Counted from the stretch's first letter, positions 28,980 to 41,591 are shown. The stretch: DNA of 64,000 bases from an uncultured delta proteobacterium (GCA_963785725.1 CAWAWS010000017.1:32001-96000), one strand, 5' to 3'. A program made the numbers and translations. The notes: a model not told the origin generated them from the sequence alone.

Positions 28980-30495
28980 ACGAAGCTTTGGCGCGCGCTG
29001 GTGGCGTGAATCGCTGGCGACGTCGCGGTTGGCGCGCGGCGGCTTGGCGGGAACGTTCGGGCTGCTCGGCGGCGCGGCGCTGACCTTGCCCGGCTGCTTC
29101 AACTACGGCGATCCCGTTCCCGACGAATCCGCGGCGCAACAATCGGGCGACGAGATCGACACCAGCGTCGACGCGCTGCAGCTGCAGCAGCACGAAGGCT
29201 GGGACGTCGGTCAGCCGGGCGGCCAGCTGCGCTTCGCCGGCTCGTCGCTGGAGGACGTCGCCGGCACGCAAGACTGGCGCGGCGGCATGCAGCGGCTGGC
29301 GGAGACGCTGCATCCGACCGAGCCGGCGCTGCAGCCCTACTACGTGCCGACGCTGTTTCAGTCGCTGATGGGCAAAGCGGGGCAGCGGCTGCGCGCCGTC
29401 ATGCGGCCGGTTCATGACGACGACATGGATCGCGACTTCGCGCGCGGCCTGGCGCTGCGCGAGGCGTTCGCCGCCGCCGGCTGGCCGCGCGACACGGCGC
29501 TCGTCGTCGATGCGCCCGGCTCGCACGCCGTTGCGTTGGCGGCGGCGCTGGCCGATCACTTCGCGCCCGTCTTCACCTTCGGCAACTGGCCGCATCCGCG
29601 CGGCGTCGTCCCCGCGCACGAGACGCTGGCGGCGACGCTGTTTTACCTGCCCGCCTTCGCCGCCGCGCAAGACGAGCGCCCCAACGACGCGCCGCCGCTC
29701 TTCGTCCTCGACGCCAATCGCCTGGCGCCTTATCGCGACGCCGACGCCGAGTTCGACAACCGCTACTTCGTGCATCTGCCCGACGCGCGTGCGTTCGCGG
29801 CGATGGGCATCAGCCACGTCCTCTACGTCAGCGCCGACGGCTACCAAGAGCTCGACGACCTGAACGCGGCGCTCGTCGAGCTGTCGCAGAATAACGTCGA
29901 CGTGCAGATGGTGGCGCTGGGCGACTTCGTGCCCGCCGGCCAAAACGCCCCCGAGCTGGCGCAGAACGAAGGGAACGACGAGGAGACCGAAGCCGAATAC
30001 GAGAACGAAGGCGTCGGCAATCCGTCGTTCGAGGTCGGCTTTCCCTTCGCGTTCTTCTTCGACTCCTGGCCGTGGTGGCAATCGCGTCCCTGGGCGACGG
30101 CGCGCTATTGCTACGGCGGCTTTGCGCGCGGCGGCAGCTACCGCTTCTGGCGCGATCATGGCGGCTACCACGCGCCCGTCGTCGTCGCCCACGGCGGTCG
30201 CGTCGTCGGCCCGCCGAAAGTCGGCCGCATCAACGGTCTTCAGGCGCGCAGTGCGATGCGCTGGAGCCCGACGCCGCGCGCGACGATGTTCAACCCGCGT
30301 GGCCCGCTCGTGCCCGGCGCGCACCCGCGCGTCGCCGGCTTCGGCCAAGTCCCGGTGCGCGCGTCGCGCTTCGACGGTCGCGTCACCGCCGTGCGCGGCA
30401 GCGGCTTCAGCCACTACAGCCGCGCCGGCGTCCACGGCGCGACGTTCGCCCGCTCCGGCTCGATCGGCCGCGCCGGCGGCGGCTCGAGCGGCTAG
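28972..30495 (+). CDS. large putative lipoprotein with Gly/Arg/Ser-rich C-terminus
   Basis: ATG 28972 overlaps ligase end; LPGC lipobox; ends ARSGSIGRAGGGSSG. Confidence 0.72.
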   Translation: MSERSFGARWWRESLATSRLARGGLAGTFGLLGGAALTLPGCFNYGDPVPDESAAQQSGDEIDTSVDALQLQQHEGWDVGQPGGQLRFAGSSLEDVAGTQDWRGGMQRLAETLHPTEPALQPYYVPTLFQSLMGKAGQRLRAVMRPVHDDDMDRDFARGLALREAFAAAGWPRDTALVVDAPGSHAVALAAALADHFAPVFTFGNWPHPRGVVPAHETLAATLFYLPAFAAAQDERPNDAPPLFVLDANRLAPYRDADAEFDNRYFVHLPDARAFAAMGISHVLYVSADGYQELDDLNAALVELSQNNVDVQMVALGDFVPAGQNAPELAQNEGNDEETEAEYENEGVGNPSFEVGFPFAFFFDSWPWWQSRPWATARYCYGGFARGGSYRFWRDHGGYHAPVVVAHGGRVVGPPKVGRINGLQARSAMRWSPTPRATMFNPRGPLVPGAHPRVAGFGQVPVRASRFDGRVTAVRGSGFSHYSRAGVHGATFARSGSIGRAGGGSSG

Positions 30496-30505
30496 CGGCG
30501 CGGGC

Positions 30506-31561
30506 TTACTTGGCGACGGCGGGCGTGACGACGAGCGGCAACAGCCCGAACGGCAGCTCGGCGAAGATATCGGTGCGCGCCTTGCCCGTCACTTCCGCGG
30601 GGATCGGCAGGCCGAGCGCATACAGCGCCGTCGCGGCCGTATCGAGCGTCGACGGCGGATCCGGCAGCACGTAGTCTTCGCGCACGCCCGGACCGCAGGC
30701 AATCCAGGGAATTTCGCGATCGATCTTCTTCGCGCCCGAGTGCACGCGGTTATGCCCGCCATGATCGGCGGTCACGATGAGCAGCGTATCGTCGATGAGC
30801 CCGGACTTCTCCAGCGCTTCGTAGATGATGCCGAGACACGCGTCGCTGTGCGCGATGGCGTTCTTCTGCGGCGACGACATCCAGCCTTTGGCGTGGCCGG
30901 CCTCGTCGGGATCGGAGAAGTGCACGAACGCCAGCGCCGGCTTCTCGGTGGTCAGATAATTGGCCGCCTCTTCCGCGACTTTTTTGCAGTAATAACCGGG
31001 GCGATCGTACATGCCGACCGAGCCCGGCGGCACGATGTGACGCAGCTTCGACTTGCCGGTGAAGAACGCCGTCGACAAGCCGGCGTCGGCCGCATGCGTG
31101 AAGATCGTCGGCGTCTTGATGTAGCCCTCGCGCGGCCGCCACGTATTCCACGTCAGGCCATGCTTCGACGGCTGCACGCCCGACAACATCGACGCGTGCG
31201 CCGGCAACGTCGACGCATCGCGAATCGTCATCGCGTGGTCGCTGTAGCTGCCGCGACGGCGGAGCAGATCGTGCCAATGCAGATGCATCGTCGCCACCGC
31301 ATCGGCGCGCAGCCCGTCCTCGCTGATGATGAGGACGTGGTTGATCTTGAGCTTCGGCTTCTCCGGCGCGACGGTCTTGTCCGGCGGCACGCCCGTGACC
31401 TGCAGCGCGCCCGTCTGCGACGGCGGCTGCTGCGCTTGCTGCTGCTTGGCGTCGTAGGTCGGCGGAACGGGAGCTTGCGGCTGCTGCTGCGTCTGCGCAC
31501 CGACGGGCGCCGACAAAACGCCCACCGCGACGATGAACAGCGCGGCATTGAACTTCGGCAT
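30506..31561 (-). CDS. exported alkaline phosphatase superfamily protein (NPP/phosphodiesterase type)
   Basis: ISEDGLR, STLPAHASMLSG, DPDEAGH, TADHGG; signal peptide. Confidence 0.88.
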   Translation of the reverse strand: MPKFNAALFIVAVGVLSAPVGAQTQQQPQAPVPPTYDAKQQQAQQPPSQTGALQVTGVPPDKTVAPEKPKLKINHVLIISEDGLRADAVATMHLHWHDLLRRRGSYSDHAMTIRDASTLPAHASMLSGVQPSKHGLTWNTWRPREGYIKTPTIFTHAADAGLSTAFFTGKSKLRHIVPPGSVGMYDRPGYYCKKVAEEAANYLTTEKPALAFVHFSDPDEAGHAKGWMSSPQKNAIAHSDACLGIIYEALEKSGLIDDTLLIVTADHGGHNRVHSGAKKIDREIPWIACGPGVREDYVLPDPPSTLDTAATALYALGLPIPAEVTGKARTDIFAELPFGLLPLVVTPAVAK

Positions 31562-31606
31562 CCACAAACTATGCGCGCCCGAGTAGCGCCCGCGCAAGTT
31601 TAGTAG

Positions 31607-32803
31607 CTACGGCGATGTGCGCAAAGGTACGAGCGTCGGCGCGCCTTTGGCCGCCAGCTGACCGCACGCCGCGTCGATATCGTCACCGCGCGGACGGCGC
31701 ACGTAGACCGCCAGGCCGCGATCGCGCAGCGCGTCCTGAAACGCACGCACGCGCTCCGCTTTCGGCCGCCGATAGGGAATTTCGCCCGTCGTCAGCTCGT
31801 GCGGATTCCACGGGATGAGGTTGATCTTCGTCGGGATTCCGCGCACCAGCTCGACCAAGCGGCGCACGTCGTCGTCGCTGTCGTTGACGCCGTCGAGGAG
31901 CACGTACTCGAACGTCACGCGCCGCTTCTTTTCCAGCGGAAACCTGCGCACGGCCTCGAGCAGCTTGGCGATGTTCCACTTCTTGTTGATCGGCATCAGC
32001 ACATCGCGCACGGCGTCGGTCGTGGCGTTGAGCGACACCGCCAAGTTCACGCGCAGCGCCGTCTTCGTCTCCGCCGCCAGCTTCTCGATGCCGGGCACGA
32101 GACCGGCCGTCGACACCGTGATCCGCCGCCGCGAAAAGTCGGCGCCGTTGGGATCGGTCAAGATGTCGAGCGCGCGAATGACGTTCTTGTAGTTGTGCAA
32201 GGGCTCGCCCATGCCCATGAACACCAGGTTGCTGACGCGATCGGAGCCGGCGACGCGCGTCGGATCGTCGGGCGACAGCGACGCCACCAAGTCCTGCGCG
32301 CGATAGACCTGATCGACGATCTCGCCCGCCGTCAGCTGGCGGCCGAAGCCGAGCTGCGCCGTCGCGCAGAAGCTGCAATCGAGCGCGCAGCCGACCTGCG
32401 ACGACACGCACTGCGTGAGCTTGGGGCGCTTGGGAAACAGCGCGTGCTGCAGATGCTCCGGCTCGGCCGCCGTCTCCTCGAGGTCGTCATCGGGCGCGGC
32501 CGCGTCGGAGTCGGGGATGAGCACGGTCTCGATCATGCGGCCGTCGTGCGTGCGCAGCCTGAGCTTGCGCGTGCCGTCTTTGGAGACCTGCGCGAAGTCG
32601 ACGTCGAGGCGGCGCACTTCGGCGGCGTCGCCGAGCTGCGCGCGCAGGGCCTTGCCGAGGTTGGTCATCGACTCGACTTCGTTGGCGCGGCGGTAGTGCA
32701 CCCAGCGGAAGATTTGATCGCCGCGATAGCCCTCGACGCCGAGCGACGCGGCAAAGGCGCGCGTCTCGTCGTGCGTCAAATCGCGGAGATCTTGTTTCGT
32801 CAT
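31607..32803 (-). CDS. rlmN: dual-specificity rRNA/tRNA m2A methyltransferase RlmN
   Basis: CVSSQVGCALDCSFC, FMGMGEP, DIDAACGQL. Confidence 0.96.
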   Translation of the reverse strand: MTKQDLRDLTHDETRAFAASLGVEGYRGDQIFRWVHYRRANEVESMTNLGKALRAQLGDAAEVRRLDVDFAQVSKDGTRKLRLRTHDGRMIETVLIPDSDAAAPDDDLEETAAEPEHLQHALFPKRPKLTQCVSSQVGCALDCSFCATAQLGFGRQLTAGEIVDQVYRAQDLVASLSPDDPTRVAGSDRVSNLVFMGMGEPLHNYKNVIRALDILTDPNGADFSRRRITVSTAGLVPGIEKLAAETKTALRVNLAVSLNATTDAVRDVLMPINKKWNIAKLLEAVRRFPLEKKRRVTFEYVLLDGVNDSDDDVRRLVELVRGIPTKINLIPWNPHELTTGEIPYRRPKAERVRAFQDALRDRGLAVYVRRPRGDDIDAACGQLAAKGAPTLVPLRTSP

Positions 32804-32842
32804 CGTCGTCAAAGTCTGTTCGCTTCCGGCTCGACGCACCAC

Positions 32843-32887
32843 AAAAGAAACGGGCGGAAGCTGGCCGTCTATCGCCGCTTCCGCCCG
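32843..32887 (-). terminator. intrinsic terminator downstream of ndk
   Basis: 11-bp stem cgggcggaagc/gcttccgcccg (32851-32861, 32877-32887) followed on the minus strand by TTTCTTTT. Confidence 0.75.
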
Positions 32888-32907
32888 CTAAATCCCAGTA
32901 CGACTAA

Positions 32908-33339
32908 TTATTCGGTGATGCCCAGCGCCGCCAGCTCGGTGCCGCTGAAGAAGAAGCCGATCTCGTACTTCGCCGTCTCCGGCGCGTCCGAGCCGTGCAC
33001 GGCGTTCTGCTCGATGTCGGTGCCGAACTTCTGGCGGATCGTGCCCGCGGCCGCCTTCTTCGAGTCGGTGGCGCCCATGAGGTCACGGTTGCGGGCGATC
33101 GCGTTCTCGCCTTCGAGGACCTGCGCGATGCAGGGGCCCGACGTCATGAACTTCACGAGCTCGCCGAAGAACGGGCGCGCCTTGTGAACGTCGTAGAAGC
33201 CTTCGGCCTGCTGCTTGGTCAGGTGGATCATCTTGACCGCGACCGGACGCAGACCGCCGTCGATGAGGTGCTGCATGACGGCGCCGGCCTTACCAGCTTT
33301 GACCGCGTCGGGCTTGATGATCGAGAACGTGCGCTCCAT
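32908..33339 (-). CDS. ndk: nucleoside diphosphate kinase
   Basis: [20 protein letters not shown]. Confidence 0.98.
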   Translation of the reverse strand: MERTFSIIKPDAVKAGKAGAVMQHLIDGGLRPVAVKMIHLTKQQAEGFYDVHKARPFFGELVKFMTSGPCIAQVLEGENAIARNRDLMGATDSKKAAAGTIRQKFGTDIEQNAVHGSDAPETAKYEIGFFFSGTELAALGITE

Positions 33340-33391
33340 GTTCCTTGCTCCTGAAATATTTAACGGAAAACGAAACTATTGATCGAAACTG

Positions 33392-35460
<2,069 letters not shown>

Positions 35461-35589
35461 GGGTTCCTCCGCGGCGATGGGGTAACACGACGGCGTCCGC
35501 TCTTCAAGCGGTTCGACGATCTACGACTGCCTACTACCACAGGAACTTTGCGTGATGGGAGCGCGTCTAGCCCGATCGGAAAATTTGCG

Positions 35590-35626
35590 TGCAATCAAAA
35601 CGAGTGCCTATGCAATCAAAATGATT
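35590..35626. promoter_or_regulatory. tandem direct repeat, putative enhancer-binding-protein sites
   Basis: TGCAATCAAAA at 35590 and 35611 (21-bp period); second copy contains the palindrome AATCA-N3-TGATT. Confidence 0.6.
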
Positions 35627-35692
35627 CTGTCGCCGAGAGCGGGCGGCGCGCAAAACGGGCCGGCGACGGGCGCGAAGCGATTGCTCGCGGAG

Positions 35693-35708
35693 TGGCGTGG
35701 CACTTGCT
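35693..35708 (+). promoter_or_regulatory. putative sigma54 (-24/-12) promoter of yceI
   Basis: TGGCGTGGCACTTGCT: GG-N10-GC with TTGCT. Confidence 0.65.
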
Positions 35709-35769
35709 GACTACGCGGAACCGATTTACAAACGCGAACTCGTTTCGAACCATCACTAGGAGAATGTTC

Positions 35770-36372
35770 ATGCGTAAGCTCATCGTTGCCGCCGCCCTCA
35801 TGGCCGCTCCCTCTCTTGCCTTCGCCGCGCCGTGGGAAGTCGACCCGTCGCACTCGTCGATCAACTTCAGCATCAAGCACATGGCCGTCTCGACGGTGCA
35901 TGGCACGTTCGACACGATCAAGTCGGGCACGGCGTCGTGGTCGAAGCCGGACTTCTCGGACGCTCAGATCGAAGTCGTCGTCGACGCCAACAGCATCGAC
36001 ACGCACGAGCCGAAGCGTGACGGTCACTTGAAGAGCCCCGACTTCTTCGACACGGCCAAGTTCCCGACCTTGTCGTTCAAGTCGAAGAAGGTCACCAAGG
36101 CGGCGGCCGGCCACGTCAACGTCGTCGGCGACTTGACGATGCACGGTGTGACGAAGGAAGTGACGTTCGACGTCACCGGTCCCTCGGCCGAGATCTCGGC
36201 GATGGGCGCGACGATGTCGGGCGCCGAAGCGACGGCGACGATCAACCGCAAAGACTTCGGTCTCGTGTGGAACAAGGCGCTCGGCGCCGGCAACCTCGCC
36301 GTCGGCAACGACGTGAAGATCGAGATCGCGCTCGAGCTGCACAAGAAGGCGCCGCTCAAGGCCGAGAAGTAG
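35770..36372 (+). CDS. yceI: YceI-family polyisoprenoid-binding exported protein
   Basis: Signal peptide; WEVDPSHSSINFSIKH, RDGHLKSPDFFD, GDLTMHGVTK, INRKDFG; AGGAG RBS. Confidence 0.93.
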   Translation: MRKLIVAAALMAAPSLAFAAPWEVDPSHSSINFSIKHMAVSTVHGTFDTIKSGTASWSKPDFSDAQIEVVVDANSIDTHEPKRDGHLKSPDFFDTAKFPTLSFKSKKVTKAAAGHVNVVGDLTMHGVTKEVTFDVTGPSAEISAMGATMSGAEATATINRKDFGLVWNKALGAGNLAVGNDVKIEIALELHKKAPLKAEK

Positions 36373-36413
36373 ATCGCACGGAAATCGCGCGCCTTTCAGC
36401 GCGTCGGTTTCGC

Positions 36414-36446
36414 AAAGCGCGCCCGGTGATTTGGGCGCGCTTTTTT
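36414..36446 (+). terminator. intrinsic terminator after yceI
   Basis: AAAGCGCGCCC-N8-GGGCGCGCTTT plus T run. Confidence 0.8.
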
Positions 36447-36484
36447 ATTGCCTCTCGCCGCCGAGATTCAGGTTCGGGCGACGA

Positions 36485-37156
36485 CTAGACGTGACCGCTC
36501 TTGCCGATCGTGAACGTCAGCGTCAACGGCGCCGGGTTCACGATGTCGAGCGGCGGATACTTGGCCTTGGCGACGGCGTCGAGCACGCAGCCGTCGAACG
36601 AGGCGTCGTGCGCCGACGAGTTCATCAGCGTCGGCGCGTAGGCCTTGCCCTCGGCGGTCACGAAGACCATGACGGTGGCCTGCGCGTAGAAATCGACGCC
36701 CAAGAAGCGCTCGCCGCAGCTGACGATCTCGGCGTGCGTGAGCTCCTGCACCGAGCCGATCTTGCCTTCGATGCCGTCCGGCAGCTGCTGCTGCGGCGGC
36801 TCGGCGCCGGGCGCCCAGAAGCTCCACAGCGCGCCGACCGGCGGACCCGTCAGCGGCGTGATCGTCGCCTTGTTGGCGGCCTCGAGGACGCACTGCGCGA
36901 CGGGCGCCGGGCCGTCCCACTTGATCTGCTCCGCGTTCAGCTTGCCCGAGGAATCGGCGCTGACGGCGAAGTAGCCGCCCTTGATGCCGTCGCCTTTCAT
37001 ACAGCCGTTGGCGACCTTGTGCGCGTCGACGATCTCAATCTTGCGCTTCGCGACGGCGTCTTTGCCCTGGAACGCGCCTGACGGCTTGGTGCCACCACCG
37101 CTCATCGTGGCGCAGGCGCTGAGGAGCAGACCAAAAGAGATGAGTATTGTTCTCAT
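36485..37156 (-). CDS. lipoprotein with two TonB-C/AgmX-C-like modules
   Basis: Lipobox LSAC; repeated C...CVL(E/D)A pattern, VFVTAEGKA. Confidence 0.55.
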   Translation of the reverse strand: MRTILISFGLLLSACATMSGGGTKPSGAFQGKDAVAKRKIEIVDAHKVANGCMKGDGIKGGYFAVSADSSGKLNAEQIKWDGPAPVAQCVLEAANKATITPLTGPPVGALWSFWAPGAEPPQQQLPDGIEGKIGSVQELTHAEIVSCGERFLGVDFYAQATVMVFVTAEGKAYAPTLMNSSAHDASFDGCVLDAVAKAKYPPLDIVNPAPLTLTFTIGKSGHV

Positions 37157-37291
37157 GCGCACCCTCATAACAGAGCGCGCGCGGTCTCGACAAGTGGGGG
37201 AGTGCTTACTCGTGCTAGCGGTTCAGCTGGGTGCGACGACCGATACGTCGCTGGTGCGGGCCGTCGGCGAGGGCCGCCGACGACTGTCGAG

Positions 37292-38705
37292 CTAGTTGCC
37301 CATGACGCGGGTCAGCGCGACGTGCTGGATGGCGAGATCGTAGCGCGCGCGGGCGAGGTTGAGCCGCGCCGTCGTCAGCGCCGATTGCGCGTCGAGGAGG
37401 TCGGTCGTCGTCGCCGAGCCGGCCTGCACGAGCGCCTGCTCGACGCGATAGGCCTCCTGCGCGCTGGCGATCGCCTCTTTGGCGACGTCGACGGCCACCG
37501 CCGCCGCCTGCGTCTGCGCCACCGCGTTGTGCACCTCGACGGCGACGCCGCGCTTCTCGTCCTCGAGCTCGAGCGCCGCGGCCTGCGCCTGCTTCGACGC
37601 CGCGCGCGCCTGGAAATAGGTCGCGCCCCACTCCCAAACCGCCCACGTCGCCTTGACGCCGACGAACCACTGATTCGGCGGCGCGAACAGCTGACCATCG
37701 GTGCGAACGTAGCCGCCCTCGGCGTCGATCTCGGGCAGCAGCGAGAAGTTGCGCGCCGCGCGATTGCGGTCGGCCGACAGCGCCGTCAGCTTGAGCTGCT
37801 GCACTTCGGGACGATGCGCTTCCGCCTGCGTCGTCGCGAGGCCGAGATCGGGCAGCGCCGCCGCCGACTGATCGAGCAGCGTCGACGGCTCGACCAGCTC
37901 GACGTCGTCATCGGGCCGCAGACCGAGCGCGTCGAGCAGCTGCGCCGTCGTCGTGATGCCCGACGTGTGCGCCACGATCTGCTGCTGCCGCGCGTTCGCT
38001 TCGGCGACCTCCACGCGCAGGAGGTCGGCATTGGTAATGACGCCGGCCTTCAAGCGCGCCTGCGACACCTTGACCTGATCGGCGAGCTCGGTCACCGACG
38101 CGATGGCAATCTGCTCGAGCGCGCGTGCTTCGTACGTCTGCAAGTAGGCCGTACGCACGGCTTGCACCGTCGCCGCCTCGGCCACTTTGAGCTGCGCGTC
38201 ACCCGCTTTGGCCGTGCTGTGCGCCGCGCCGTAATCGTAGCCGAGGTGCAAGAGGCCCAGAGATCGGCTGCGAGATCGTGGCCACGAAGCTGTTCGTGTT
38301 CTGCGCGCGCGCGACGATCGGCGGTCCGCCGAACAGCCCGCCGAGCAACGTCGCTTCCGCGGTCGAGAGACCCGTCGGATTGAACGGGTGGTCTTTGGTG
38401 TAGGCGACGACGTCCGCCTTGCACTCGGCGCCGCCCGAGAAGTTCGAGAGGCTCAACGCCGCCGGGCAGTCCCAGTGTTGATATTCCTCGGACAGGTGAA
38501 TCGACGGCAGCATGCGTCCGCCGACCGACAGCGCGACGTCGTGGCCGGCCTCGGAGCGTTTGTGCTGCGCCAACAGCCGCAGGTTCTGCTTGAGCGCCAG
38601 ATCGACGGCCTGCTCGACGGTAATCTGCTCCTTGGCCGACACGAGGCCGCTCGTCGCCAGCAGAACAGACACAACTAGTGCGGAAACCTGCGATCGCATG
38701 ATCAT
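37292..38705 (-). CDS. TolC-family outer membrane efflux protein (1-bp insertion near 38260)
   Basis: Signal peptide, ITVEQAVDLALKQN; AGVITNADLL; GSATTTDLLDAQ; two frames join as QPI-LGLLHLGY. Confidence 0.85.
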
Positions 38706-38715
38706 CTCTCGATGG

Positions 38716-39963
38716 CTATTTGGACGAGGTGTGGACCGTGACATCGGCGGACAGACCGGCGCGCAGCGGCAGCTCGGGCTCGTGATCCCAAGCGATACGA
38801 ACCGGGACGCGCTGCACGACTTTCACGAAGTTGCCCGAGGCATTATCGGCCGGCAGCAGCGAGAAGCTAGCGCCGGTACCGCCCGAGAGGCTCTCCACTT
38901 TGCCGTGCAGCTTGTGGCCCGAGTACGCGTCTACTTCGATGTCCACCGGCTGTCCTGGTTTCATCGCACCGAGCTGCGTCTCCTTGAAATTGGCGATGAG
39001 GTAGGTCGTCGTCGGCACCAGCTCCACGACCGGCGAGCCGATGGCGACGAGCTGGCCTTCGTGCACCGTCAGCTTCGAGGCCACGCCGTCGGCGGGCGCG
39101 CGCACCGTCGTGTACTCGAGCTGCAGCTTGGCGAGGTCGAGCTGCGCCTCGGACGACTTGGCGCGCGCGTGCGCCAGATCCGCCTGCGCCTTGGCCGTCG
39201 CGATCTGCGCCGCGATCGGCGACGACTGGCTCAGCCGGCCGCGCGCTTCACCGACGTGCTCCTGCGCGACGCGCTTCGCTTCCTCGGACACCGCGACGTT
39301 GGCCTTGGCCTGCGCCAGCGCCGCCTGCGTCGCGTCGTAGGTCGCCTGCGCGTTGTCGAGCTGCTGCTGCGGCACGGCGTTCGCCGCTTTGAGCTCCTTG
39401 GCGCGATTGAGATCGAGCAGCGCCTTCTTGTCGTCCGCTTCGGCGCGCAACAGCGCCGCCTTCGACGCCAAGATCTGCGCGTCCGCCGAGCCGACGCTCG
39501 ACGTCATGCCGAGCAAGGCCGACTGCGCCGACGAGAAACCGCCCTTCGAGTTGGCCGAGATGACGGCGACCTGCGCGTCGGCTGCGGCCGCTTGCGCTTC
39601 GTTCGACGCCAGATCCGCCTCGGCCGCTTTGACGCGCGCCTGGTAATCGGCGGGATCGATCTCGACGAGCGGCTGGCCCTTCTTGACCTTCTCGTTCTCG
39701 ATGACGTGCACCTTGACGATCTGCCCGGCGACGCGCGTGCCGACGGGAACCATGTCGGCCATGACCTGCGCGTCGTCGGTGTTCTCTTCGCCTGCCGTCA
39801 AGACGAGGTAGCCGCCGATGGCCAACGCCATGACGCCGACGATGGCGCCGACGATGACGAAGGGCCGCGACTTGCTCTTCGGCGGCTCGGCCGCGGCCGC
39901 GGCGCCCGTCGCCGGCGAGTCGAGCTTCACCGCCTCGAGACGCGCGTTCTTTTCGTTTTCCAT
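38716..39963 (-). CDS. emrA: EmrA/HlyD-family membrane fusion protein
   Basis: TDDAQV, ANFKETQL, FSLLPADNASGNFVKVVQRVPV. Confidence 0.92.
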   Translation of the reverse strand: MENEKNARLEAVKLDSPATGAAAAAEPPKSKSRPFVIVGAIVGVMALAIGGYLVLTAGEENTDDAQVMADMVPVGTRVAGQIVKVHVIENEKVKKGQPLVEIDPADYQARVKAAEADLASNEAQAAAADAQVAVISANSKGGFSSAQSALLGMTSSVGSADAQILASKAALLRAEADDKKALLDLNRAKELKAANAVPQQQLDNAQATYDATQAALAQAKANVAVSEEAKRVAQEHVGEARGRLSQSSPIAAQIATAKAQADLAHARAKSSEAQLDLAKLQLEYTTVRAPADGVASKLTVHEGQLVAIGSPVVELVPTTTYLIANFKETQLGAMKPGQPVDIEVDAYSGHKLHGKVESLSGGTGASFSLLPADNASGNFVKVVQRVPVRIAWDHEPELPLRAGLSADVTVHTSSK

Positions 39964-39968
39964 GTTCG

Positions 39969-41588
39969 TCACATCTCCACGTGAATATCGGGCTTGGGGC
40001 CGCTCATGGTTTTGGGCGCCTTCAAGAAAATCAGGAGCGGCATCACGCACAAGAACGCGATACCGGCCATCAAGAACATCTTCTCGAACGTCATGACCAT
40101 CGCCTGCTGGGCGACGACGCCGCCCAAGAAGCGCGACGCCGCCATCTTCGCCGACGCCAGGTCGTAGCCTTTGCTGACCAAGAGGTTGGTCATCATGTTC
40201 ATTCGCTGCGTCACTTCGGGCCGACCGGCGTAGACGTGCGCCGAGATCGCCGCCTTGATCTGCGTCGGATAGCGCGACATCAGCGTCGCGAACACCGCCA
40301 GACCGAGCGAGCCGCCGATCTGGCGCACCAGCGAGTTCAGGCCGGTCGCGTCGGGCAGCTTGTTACGCGGGATGCTCGCCAGCGCCACCGTCGTCAGCGG
40401 CACGAACAGGCAGCGAAGCCGAGGCCCTGAATGAAGAGCGGCAACACCAGCTGACGCATGCTCGTCTCGAGCGTGTAGTGGCTCATCATCACCGCGCTCG
40501 ACCGCGAAGCAGACGATGCCGAAGGCGACGACGATACGCGGCTGGACCTTGTTGTAGATGCGCCCGACGAGCGGCACGGCGATGATCATGACGAGCGAGC
40601 GCGGCATGAGCGCCAAGCCCGACTGCATGGCGTTGTAGCCGAGCAGCTCCTGCATGAACACCGGCAGGAGGAACGTGATCGCCATCAGCATCGCGAACAT
40701 GACGGCGCCGATGAGCGTGCCCGAGAGGAACACCGGGTCCTTGAAGAGCGACAGGTTGACCGCCGGCACCGTCGCCGTCAGCTCGCGGATGACGAACAGC
40801 AGCAGCGCCACGACCGCCGTCACGCGCAAGCACCGCGATGACGTTGTCGACTCGAACCAGTCGTCTTGCGATTGCCCTCCTCGAGCACGTACTGCAGCGA
40901 CGCCAGACCGACGGTCAGCAGGGCGATGCCGGCCCAGTCCATGTGCTTGCGCTGCTGCGCCGCCGCCGCCGGTTCGCGCTGCCGGATGTCCTCCGGCTCG
41001 TGCACGAAGCGTGAGACCATGAAGAGGCCGAGGAGGCCGACCGGGAGGTTGATGTAGAAGATCCAGGGCCAGCGCGTAGTTGTCGACGATGTAGCCGCCG
41101 AGCGTCGGGCCGAACGCCGGGCCGAGCATGACGGCGATGCCGAAGAGCGCCATCGCCATGCCCTGCTCTTCGGGCGGGAACGTCTGGCGCAGGATCGCCT
41201 GCTCGGTCGGCTGCAGCGCGCCGGCGCCGAAGCCCTGCAGGATGCGGAAGAGCGACGAGCATGTCCAGCGAGCGCGCGATGCCGCACAAGCGCCGAGCCG
41301 ACGACGAAGAGCGCGAGGCAGAACATGTAGACGCGCTTCTGCCCGAAGAGCCGCCCGAGGAACGCCGTCAGCGGCATCACGATGACGTTCGCGATGATGA
41401 AGCCGGTCGAGACCCAGGTGATCTCCTCGACGGTGGCGCCGAGCGAGCCGCGAGATGTGCGGCAGGGCGACGTTGACGATCGACGAGTCGATCGTGCCCA
41501 TCAGCGTGCCGAACGTGATCGAGACCGTGACCAGCCACTTGTTGACCGGCGGACGCGCCGCCGGTGCCGCTGCTCGCATGAGTGCCAT
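39969..41588 (-). CDS. emrB: EmrB/QacA (DHA2) MFS efflux transporter (several apparent indel errors)
   Basis: MGTIDSSIVNVALP, FRILQGFGAG, GPAFGPTLGG, WIFYINLP, RQIGGSLG across frames. Confidence 0.9.
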   Translation of the reverse strand: MALMRAAAPAARPPVNKWLVTVSITFGTLMGTIDSSIVNVALPHISRLARRHRRGDHLGLDRLHHRERHRDAADGVPRAALRAEARLHVLPRALRRRLGACAASRARWTCSSLFRILQGFGAGALQPTEQAILRQTFPPEEQGMAMALFGIAVMLGPAFGPTLGGYIVDNYALALDLLHQPPGRPPRPLHGLTLRARAGGHPAARTGGGGAAAQAHGLGRHRPADRRSGVAAVRARGGQSQDDWFESTTSSRCLRVTAVVALLLFVIRELTATVPAVNLSLFKDPVFLSGTLIGAVMFAMLMAITFLLPVFMQELLGYNAMQSGLALMPRSLVMIIAVPLVGRIYNKVQPRIVVAFGIVCFAVERGDDEPLHARDEHASAGVAALHSGPRLRCLFVPLTTVALASIPRNKLPDATGLNSLVRQIGGSLGLAVFATLMSRYPTQIKAAISAHVYAGRPEVTQRMNMMTNLLVSKGYDLASAKMAASRFLGGVVAQQAMVMTFEKMFLMAGIAFLCVMPLLIFLKAPKTMSGPKPDIHVEM

Positions 41589-41591
41589 CGT

